IMG/VR virus record: IMGVR_UViG_3300043438_000246
Span: 4,051-68,050 of that record
DNA from: a virus
Strand: one strand, 5' to 3'
DNA: 64,000 bases
Positions 1 to 5,659 of this stretch are shown piece after piece (the first letter of the stretch is position 1; every line of letters begins with the position of its first letter). Position numbers and translations under genes: made by a program. The notes below the pieces were generated by a model. It was given only the letters and a program-made list of their open reading frames with translations. It ran no database searches and had not been told where the DNA came from.

Positions 1-17
1 TTCGGGGGATCAATTAT

Positions 18-71
18 TTACAAAGAATAAAGAAAGCCAAATACAATCATAGCAATTAAAATAACTAACAA
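18..71 (-). CDS. 17-aa hydrophobic micropeptide (MLVILIAMIVFGFLYSL)
   Basis: TTG start directly after the upstream TAA, preceded by GAGGA; hand-translated. Confidence 0.4.
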   Translation of the reverse strand: MLVILIAMIVFGFLYSL

Positions 72-161
72 TTAATTTTCCTCAATTTCATCTAGTAATT
101 CCCAAAGTATTGGTTCTAATTCTTTAGCAACCAAATCTAATTTAGTTTGCAAGTCTTTCAT
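72..161 (-). CDS. 29-aa acidic microprotein (MKDLQTKLDLVAKELEPILWELLDEIEEN)
   Basis: ATGA overlap with upstream stop, GAGG SD; hand-translated. Confidence 0.65.
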   Translation of the reverse strand: MKDLQTKLDLVAKELEPILWELLDEIEEN

Positions 162-322
162 TCGCTAACCTCTTTCTCTAATAGTATTCCAAGAATTAAT
201 TCTAACTGTGGTGTAGTTAGTAATGCTTGGGCACAACCCCATGACCATGCTAAGTCCATGTCTCCATAGTGCTTTTTAGAAAGAGTATTTATCTGTTGAG
301 CAATCTCAAAATTAGTTTTCAT
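158..322 (-). CDS. 54-aa hypothetical microprotein (MKTNFEIAQQ...WSWGCAQALL...)
   Basis: TAATG coupling to the 322..516 gene; hand-translated. Confidence 0.7.
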   Translation of the reverse strand: MKTNFEIAQQINTLSKKHYGDMDLAWSWGCAQALLTTPQLELILGILLEKEVSE

Positions 323-516
323 TACTTTACCAACCCTTCAAACCACTGAGAGTATCCACCATTGAAGTAGACTTCATCTCCGTTGCAATTAACAAGTGTA
401 GCAGTGATTGACTCTAAATCATCATTGACATAGTGAACCTCTTTTACAAGATAGTTTGTATCGTTGGAGATAAATAGTTTTCCAACATTGGTTTTATTTA
501 TTAGTGATAGTGACAT
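322..516 (-). CDS. 64-aa hypothetical early protein
   Basis: ORF track; TAAATG coupling within the operon. Confidence 0.7.
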   Translation of the reverse strand: MSLSLINKTNVGKLFISNDTNYLVKEVHYVNDDLESITATLVNCNGDEVYFNGGYSQWFEGLVK

Positions 517-663
517 TTAGTTTTCTACTTTCTTTAATTCATGTTGATTATTAAGGGGGCGATTGTTATTGGAGAACATGGCTTCAATAACCGCTTTATC
601 TTTTATTGATTGAGCAATTCTTTTTTCTTGTTGCTCTTTAAGAATTCTATCAAAGGTACTCAT
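517..663 (-). CDS. 48-aa microprotein (MSTFDRILKEQQEKR...)
   Basis: TAATG coupling; N-terminus resembles 2215..2388. Confidence 0.7.
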   Translation of the reverse strand: MSTFDRILKEQQEKRIAQSIKDKAVIEAMFSNNNRPLNNQHELKKVEN

Positions 664-770
664 TAGTCAAAGTATCCAAATTCTCCTATGCAAGAACCAC
701 AGATACCTGAGAATTCTTGCTCATGCTTTTCGCAATAAGCGACTTTCTTATTTTCTTTAGTGTTAGTCAT
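663..770 (-). CDS. 35-aa CxxH/CxxC putative Zn-binding microprotein
   Basis: AAGAAAGG SD; first gene after the promoter at 825-846; YCEKHEQEFSGICGSC. Confidence 0.7.
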   Translation of the reverse strand: MTNTKENKKVAYCEKHEQEFSGICGSCIGEFGYFD

Positions 771-824
771 TTTTGACCTAACCTTTCTTTATCAAGAACC
801 TTTCTTGATTTTCTTTATACTGTA

Positions 825-846
825 AGTCTAACATAGACCACTGACA
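825..846 (-). promoter_or_regulatory. Leftward promoter TGTCAG-N10-TAGACT (PafBC/RecA-NDp-like)
   Basis: Minus strand reads TTTGTCAG TGGTCTATGT TAGACT; no canonical -35; same layout at 1688-1709. Confidence 0.7.
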
Positions 847-884
847 AATTAGGGACATTCTCGGGCGTGTCGGAAAAGTATTTT

Positions 885-900
885 TGTGATAACCATCACA
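885..900. promoter_or_regulatory. CRP/GlxR-type site TGTGA-N6-TCACA (perfect)
   Basis: TGTGA TAACCA TCACA. Confidence 0.6.
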
Positions 901-904
901 CTAC

Positions 905-924
905 TTATACACAGGTTATCCACA
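905..924 (+). promoter_or_regulatory. Tandem DnaA boxes
   Basis: TTATACACA gg TTATCCACA. Confidence 0.6.
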
Positions 925-960
925 GGACCCGGCATTTTTTTTATGCAGGGTACTGAATAA

Positions 961-1116
961 TTATTTATACAAATGATCCCATGCCTTGCGACACATTAAA
1001 ATGCTTTCGCAATTATTGCAACAAATAACACCATGAGGGTTTAGGTCATAGTCATACATGTCGATTGTGGTAGATACCGCACCACATACGGATTTAATTG
1101 GTACATAGGTACTCAT
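961..1116 (-). CDS. 51-aa Cys-rich microprotein
   Basis: ATGA overlap; MSTYVPIKSVCG...ICCNNCESILMCRKAW; hand-translated. Confidence 0.7.
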   Translation of the reverse strand: MSTYVPIKSVCGAVSTTIDMYDYDLNPHGVICCNNCESILMCRKAWDHLYK

Positions 1117-1223
1117 TTAGTATTCTCACTTTCTTTAGTAGCATTAGAGATAATTGTGAAAGCCTCAATGCGTTGCATTGCTCTTTTATTCTCTACGAAT
1201 TTTTTATAGTCTGTTAAGTCCAT
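1113..1223 (-). CDS. 36-aa microprotein (MDLTDYKKFVENKRAMQR...)
   Basis: TAATG coupling; hand-translated. Confidence 0.65.
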   Translation of the reverse strand: MDLTDYKKFVENKRAMQRIEAFTIISNATKESENTK

Positions 1224-1405
1224 TATTTACTCACATACCAATCTGTCCATTCAGGCAGACGCTCAGGGTCTCCGTCATAGTAGTAACGCTCAATGTTATT
1301 TTCACACATCTCACAGAAAGTGAATTGTGTATCTGCTACATCAGAGATAGCAGTTTTATTAGGGGTATGCTCTTTGCATACTGTGTTAGTTATTAGTGTT
1401 ATCAT
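1223..1405 (-). CDS. 60-aa CxxH/CxxC microprotein
   Basis: ORF track 1223..1414; the ATG at 1405 follows an AAGAAAGG SD. Confidence 0.75.
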   Translation of the reverse strand: MITLITNTVCKEHTPNKTAISDVADTQFTFCEMCENNIERYYYDGDPERLPEWTDWYVSK

Positions 1406-1471
1406 TTTTGACAACCTTTCTTTTTTTATTAGTTATTATTATTTATTAAGTTTTTTTGTTTCTCTAATTGC

Positions 1472-1636
1472 TTAGAGAGAACGACCACATGCAGAGTGGA
1501 AACAATTTCCGTCTGACTTACAGTTTTCGTGTATAGTGGCAGGTGCTAATACAACCTGACCACATTGGCAGAGGTTCATTAAACCTCTAGGGTAGTCGCT
1601 AAGTGTAGCGACTCTTGCAAAGATTGAGTTTGTCAT
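1472..1636 (-). CDS. 54-aa Cys/His-rich microprotein
   Basis: AAGAAAGGAG SD; first gene after promoter 1688-1709; LCQCG...HENC...CFHSAC. Confidence 0.75.
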   Translation of the reverse strand: MTNSIFARVATLSDYPRGLMNLCQCGQVVLAPATIHENCKSDGNCFHSACGRSL

Positions 1637-1687
1637 TTCTGACTCCTTTCTTGTTAAAGACCTTCTTTAACTTTCTTTATACTAGTA

Positions 1688-1709
1688 AGTATAACAGGGG
1701 GGTCTGACA
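1688..1709 (-). promoter_or_regulatory. Leftward promoter TGTCAG-N10-TATACT (PafBC/RecA-NDp-like)
   Basis: Minus strand reads TTTGTCAG ACCCCCCTGT TATACT. Confidence 0.7.
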
Positions 1710-1742
1710 AATTGAGGGGTACAAATCGGACATTAGAGACAT

Positions 1743-1820
1743 TGTGATGTAGAACACATGTGACGTACATCATGTGGATAAACCTGTGGATAACCCCGGT
1801 AAAATGTGATGCACATCACA
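1743..1820. promoter_or_regulatory. Cluster of three CRP-like sites and two DnaA boxes between divergent promoters
   Basis: TGTGA-N6-ACACA 1743-1758, TGTGA-N6-TCATG 1759-1774, TGTGGATAA 1773-1781 and 1785-1793, perfect TGTGA-N6-TCACA 1805-1820. Confidence 0.6.
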
Positions 1821-1841
1821 TCCAAGACACGGCGTGTCGTC

Positions 1842-1870
1842 TTGACTTTTGGGGGTATCTATGTTATACT
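1842..1870 (+). promoter_or_regulatory. SigA-type promoter TTGACT-17-TATACT with extended TG
   Basis: Near-consensus; preceded by ACGGCGTGTCG. Confidence 0.85.
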
Positions 1871-1921
1871 TGCAGTATTAGATAGTTAAAGTATAACTAC
1901 TAAAAAAGAAAGGTTCATCAA

Positions 1922-2032
1922 ATGAACACTGTTAAACTAAATGAAGTACTCGCTCAGACACCTGAGCAGACCCTAGCAGACTATGCTAGATTAGACGCAC
2001 TTATCGCTAAGGGTACCTACTCAGATAAGTGA
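1922..2032 (+). CDS. 36-aa microprotein (MNTVKLNEVLAQTPEQ...)
   Basis: AAGAAAGG SD; hand-translated. Confidence 0.7.
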   Translation: MNTVKLNEVLAQTPEQTLADYARLDALIAKGTYSDK

Positions 2033-2064
2033 CCTAAGTCACACAACGCCTACGGCGTGTCGCC

Positions 2065-2093
2065 TTGACTTTTGGCGAGGTATCTGATAGGAT
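2065..2093 (+). promoter_or_regulatory. SigA-type promoter TTGACT-17-TAGGAT with extended TG
   Basis: Imperfect direct repeat of the 1829-1870 promoter, including ACGGCGTGTCG. Confidence 0.8.
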
Positions 2094-2214
2094 ACTCCTA
2101 TAACAATTAAATAGTAACACAAATCCTAGTGAGCCCTACTAAGTAGGCAAATAACCTAGGTCAGCAAAAAGGTTAGCAAATCGCTAACTAGATTAAAAGA
2201 AAGGTGTTCATCAA

Positions 2215-2388
2215 ATGGATACACTAAACAGAATAAAGGCAGAGCAAGACCTTGCTCGCCATGAAGCACATGAGAAGGCTATGCTAAAGTCTCCTTGGAT
2301 ACGTGAAAGCGTAGAAGCCTATCGCTCAGCAGATGAGGCACAAATCGCTACTGTGGAAGCAATCCGCAAGCAATGGTATGGTTTCTAA
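2215..2388 (+). CDS. 57-aa helical microprotein (MDTLNRIKAEQDLAR...)
   Basis: AAGAAAGGTG SD; hand-translated. Confidence 0.75.
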   Translation: MDTLNRIKAEQDLARHEAHEKAMLKSPWIRESVEAYRSADEAQIATVEAIRKQWYGF

Positions 2389-2389
2389 C

Positions 2390-2473
2390 ATGACTATACT
2401 ACTCATTATCTCTCTAGTATCTTTTATCTTTATCCCTATTGGAATCTATCTAACAAACGAAGGACACATCTAA
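2390..2473 (+). CDS. 27-aa single-TM micropeptide
   Basis: MTILLIISLVSFIFIPIGIYLTNEGHI, tightly packed in the operon. Confidence 0.6.
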   Translation: MTILLIISLVSFIFIPIGIYLTNEGHI

Positions 2474-2475
2474 AA

Positions 2476-2643
2476 ATGACAATCACATACTCAATCTGGC
2501 AAGGCTCTAAACTCATCTCTATTGACAACATTGCACATGAGGTTAAGGCAATAGACCACCTCATCAACTCACTAAACGATAGTGAATTAGGCAAGGGTAA
2601 AAAGTTTACCGCAAATGTTATGGACATTAAGGTAGGTAACTAA
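2476..2643 (+). CDS. 55-aa microprotein (MTITYSIWQGSKLISID...)
   Basis: AAGGA SD, operon packing. Confidence 0.7.
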   Translation: MTITYSIWQGSKLISIDNIAHEVKAIDHLINSLNDSELGKGKKFTANVMDIKVGN

Positions 2644-2646
2644 CTC

Positions 2647-2787
2647 ATGACTATTGAATTAGACAACTATGGATTTATGTTTGACCTAGGAGATTTTATT
2701 TATGTATCTCTATCGTGGGCTATGCTAATTACTAGCGCAGTTATTTTTGCAGGGTATAAGATTTACAAAAGAAAGAAGGCTAACTAA
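2647..2787 (+). CDS. 46-aa membrane microprotein
   Basis: AAGGTAGG SD; TM segment followed by basic tail YKIYKRKK. Confidence 0.7.
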   Translation: MTIELDNYGFMFDLGDFIYVSLSWAMLITSAVIFAGYKIYKRKKAN

Positions 2788-2892
2788 ATGCTATCAGCAA
2801 TGTATGCACACACATGTGAATCATGTGGAGATACGGGTCTAATTATTTTTGACCAAGATAAAACACACATAGACCCTTGCAAATGTGAATAG
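2788..2892 (+). CDS. 34-aa CxxC/CxC Zn-ribbon-like microprotein
   Basis: TAAATG coupling; HTCESCGDTG...DPCKC. Confidence 0.7.
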   Translation: MLSAMYAHTCESCGDTGLIIFDQDKTHIDPCKCE

Positions 2893-2902
2893 GATCTAGG
2901 GT

Positions 2903-2918
2903 AGGGGGTACGCCCCCT
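2903..2918 (+). terminator. GC hairpin AGGGGG-TACG-CCCCCT closing the rightward early operon
   Basis: Perfect 6-bp stem with UACG loop, 10 nt after the stop; no U-tract. Confidence 0.45.
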
Positions 2919-3054
2919 CCCAATGGTGTGCTCACTAATTATTAACAATTCTTTTTTGAAAATCACGCATCATACAAACCAAACAAATATTCAGATTTTG
3001 CCAAAATGAAAATTTTTACAGATTTTCAGATTTGCCAGGGTATATAACTCTGGA

Positions 3055-3261
3055 TCACCATTTATCCACAGGACATTTAGCATTCTTAAGGGTAGTCTTT
3101 AAAGTCATAAAACATCCACACTTTCTACATGTTTGAGACAGTTTTCTAAAAAATGGACATCCTCTACAAATTTCAAGGCGGTATGCAACCAATTCTTCCT
3201 GGGACCTTGGTGAATTAGGATTTAATAAATCCCATGGCTTAACATCATCCTGATCTGACAT
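3055..3261 (-). CDS. Cys-rich small protein (DUF6171-like)
   Basis: RLEICRGC...CRKCGCFM..KT.L..A.CP..KW pattern; TATACT 6 nt before the ATG (leaderless). Confidence 0.75.
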   Translation of the reverse strand: MSDQDDVKPWDLLNPNSPRSQEELVAYRLEICRGCPFFRKLSQTCRKCGCFMTLKTTLKNAKCPVDKW

Positions 3262-3460
3262 ATATCCAGTATATCCTATATCACCATATATCTAATATAT
3301 AACTTTTTGTTATAATCCAGGATATTAGGCATACTAGAGAAAACTAACCTTTATTAGACATAGGGGATACTTGTATCCTTATATTGTCTATAGGGGGTTT
3401 GGGTAACTCTATTTTCGGCGGCGCTTAAATACCGTCGAATTTTAATGTTATAATTTGCAT

Positions 3461-3739
3461 ATGACCGCATACTTTAAAGATAGTCTTAGCCATACTGATC
3501 CACAGCGATTGAGCCCGAACGGAACCCACTCAGGCCTTGACTTTACAATTCAAAACTGTAATGATTCAGGTTATATATATTTGGGCGGAAACGAAAACGT
3601 GTCCTCTTCAAACTTTGGATTTAGAATTTTGCCAAACCATTCTATATCATTCGAACTACCAGGTAAGGATGCCATGTATGCAGTGGCATCGACATCTGGT
3701 ATGAACGTATCTGTAATTTATACTAGTTTGGAATTCTAA
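3461..3739 (+). CDS. Hypothetical small beta-sandwich (probably virion) protein
   Basis: ORF track; ATG 6 nt after TGTTATAAT. Confidence 0.7.
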   Translation: MTAYFKDSLSHTDPQRLSPNGTHSGLDFTIQNCNDSGYIYLGGNENVSSSNFGFRILPNHSISFELPGKDAMYAVASTSGMNVSVIYTSLEF

Positions 3740-4185
3740 TGGCTCGGTTTACACACCCCGCTTTTGGAGACATGGGTGGTCTTACAACAACAATTAACAC
3801 GTATGCTCCAGTATGGTCTGGAACTGGGCTAACTTATACAAACACTCCAGCAACTGGCTACTACATAAAAATTGGCAACTTAGTAACTATTCAAATAGAT
3901 GTTTTATTTACAACTGTCACTAACTTTGGAACTGGTCAATATTCGTTGACGCTTCCATTTGCTTCTAAATATCACACAGATGTTTATGGCGGATCTATTC
4001 ATGATGTTGTAAATCAGGGTGTAGATCATTATAGTATTAAGGGACATCTATCTCCAGCATCAACAGGTATTACAGTGTGGAATATTGGTAGTTCTGCAAA
4101 AGATGAACCATTTGATCACAATTCTCCATTTGTATTATCAACAGCAGATAAATTCCATATGTCATTTTCTTATATATGTGAATAA
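3739..4185 (+). CDS. Fibre tip-like domain protein
   Basis: GYYIKIGNLVTIQI...YSLTLPF motif typical of fibre C-terminal domains. Confidence 0.6.
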   Translation: MARFTHPAFGDMGGLTTTINTYAPVWSGTGLTYTNTPATGYYIKIGNLVTIQIDVLFTTVTNFGTGQYSLTLPFASKYHTDVYGGSIHDVVNQGVDHYSIKGHLSPASTGITVWNIGSSAKDEPFDHNSPFVLSTADKFHMSFSYICE

Positions 4186-4217
4186 TTAATCTCAAATACT
4201 GATATAATAATCTTATT

Positions 4218-4505
4218 ATGACTACTACCGATTGGGCTCAATTTATTCTTGCTTTGCTTTCAATCGGAGCGATTGTAGTTAGTTCAATTCGCTGGTATAT
4301 AAGAGTTCAAACCAAGCCAATCGCTGATGCCATAGAAGATATTAGAAAAGAAACTAAAACTAACGGCGGAACTTCTATGCGTGATGAGATTAAATTTATT
4401 AAACTTGAACAAGAAAGATCTGCTAAAACTAGAGCAGCATATAATTCTAAGTTAGATCATATGTATGAAATTCTTATAGAGTTTATATCTAAAAACTCTA
4501 AATAG
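4218..4505 (+). CDS. Single-TM membrane protein (possible holin or lysis accessory)
   Basis: N-terminal TM followed by an NGGTSMRD motif as seen in actinophage membrane proteins. Confidence 0.55.
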   Translation: MTTTDWAQFILALLSIGAIVVSSIRWYIRVQTKPIADAIEDIRKETKTNGGTSMRDEIKFIKLEQERSAKTRAAYNSKLDHMYEILIEFISKNSK

Positions 4506-4720
4506 TATATATAAAAGATATCTTAAAAACCTCTTACTTTATACTTCTTTTCTTTATATATTTAGTATACACCTTAATACCCTGGATTTCTACTTTTTAA
4601 GTAAAGTTGTTTATAACAATTTTGTAACAATTCTTAATACCCTGGGTTTATAACTTTTTGTTATCATATATATAACGTTTTGTTATAATGTAATATGTCT
4701 ATGTAATTTAATGTTATAAT
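4500..4720. repeat. AT-rich non-coding region with direct and inverted repeats
   Basis: CTTAATACCCTGG at 4573 and 4633; TATAAC-N5-GTTAT(A/C) at 4649 and 4671 (also 3298). Confidence 0.75.
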
Positions 4721-4726
4721 AAAAGC

Positions 4727-4786
4727 GCTGGCCCACTAGATTGCTCTACCCACCCCCACTGCCTCTAGTGGGTTCAGCCTTTATTT
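4727..4786 (+). ncRNA. Candidate ~55-nt hairpin sRNA with a C-rich loop
   Basis: TGTTATAAT 4712-4720; stem GCTG-G-CCCACTAGA/TCTAGTGGG-TT-CAGC; T-rich 3' tail; no ORF. Confidence 0.55.
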
Positions 4787-4804
4787 ATGGTATAATCAAT
4801 GATT

Positions 4805-5215
4805 ATGACATGTTCTTCTTGTTCCCCACAAATTCAAAAATACGGTGCAGATCCTGCCAGTGTTCAATGGAAGGTTGTGCGTGGAGACACAGCAACCCTA
4901 GAGGTTGAGTTTCTTGAGATAGACGAGACTACCCCATTTGACACCGATGGCTGGACGTATAAGGCTACTTCATACGATGCCACGGGTTCAGTGCTAGATG
5001 ACCTTCCAGTAACGGCTACAACAGGAGTTGCTATGATTACAGTAGATCCTTGCATTACTGAAAAATGGGGAACGGCATATAAAACAGTTGTAGCAGAATT
5101 ACCATTTGATTTACAAATTACTATTCCAGCAGCATCGGGAGAACCAACAGTTTGGACACCAGTTATTGGTACAATATGTGTACTAGGTGATATTACTCCA
5201 GGAGGAAGTCTATGA
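4805..5215 (+). CDS. Virion beta-sandwich adaptor protein (paralog of 5312 and 16836)
   Basis: WKVVRGDT...FDLQIT...GTI motif. Confidence 0.7.
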   Translation: MTCSSCSPQIQKYGADPASVQWKVVRGDTATLEVEFLEIDETTPFDTDGWTYKATSYDATGSVLDDLPVTATTGVAMITVDPCITEKWGTAYKTVVAELPFDLQITIPAASGEPTVWTPVIGTICVLGDITPGGSL

Positions 5216-5310
5216 CAGCACTACCGCCAGTTATAAAGATTAATGACACACGTACAAATTTTCCACCTATTGTAAAAGTAAACAATAAAGTTTTTAAGGT
5301 AAAGGGATAA
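5212..5310 (+). CDS. 32-aa microprotein with internal repeat (LPPVIKIN/FPPIVKVN)
   Basis: GGAGG SD, ATGA overlap, fills the gap exactly. Confidence 0.65.
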   Translation: MTALPPVIKINDTRTNFPPIVKVNNKVFKVKG

Positions 5311-5311
5311 C

Positions 5312-5659
5312 ATGGCATTTCCAGGTACATATAATTTTAGTTATTACAAGGGCGATACAAATGAATTTGTTATTCGTCCTAAGAATTCTTCAGGATCAGC
5401 ATTTGACCTAACTGGTTTTAGCGCTGCATTTTTTATTGCATCAGCCCGTGGAGATGATCCTGCTTTCTCAGTTGAAGCACAAGCAGTAGTCAGTGCAGTA
5501 AACGATACAGTTACTTGCACAATTTTGCCAGGTGTTGGAACAACCTTAGATGCAGGTTCATATGTTTATGACGTTCAGATCACATCTGGACCTTCTGTTA
5601 TTTATACAATAATCACAGGAACAATTTCGGTCACAGAACAAGTAACTGGAGCAGCATAA
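5312..5659 (+). CDS. Virion beta-sandwich adaptor protein
   Basis: YKGDT...FDLTG...YVYDVQI...GTISV. Confidence 0.75.
   Translation: MAFPGTYNFSYYKGDTNEFVIRPKNSSGSAFDLTGFSAAFFIASARGDDPAFSVEAQAVVSAVNDTVTCTILPGVGTTLDAGSYVYDVQITSGPSVIYTIITGTISVTEQVTGAA

Noticed and set aside
1178-2966. ORF-track calls 1178..1396(+), 1293..1475(+), 2436..2627(-) and 2784..2966(-)
   Set aside because: They overlap better-supported, SD-led, coupled microgenes on the opposite strand
2981-2992. AAACAAATATTC resembling a LexA SOS box
   Set aside because: Mismatches in both GAAC/GTTC half-sites and no associated promoter
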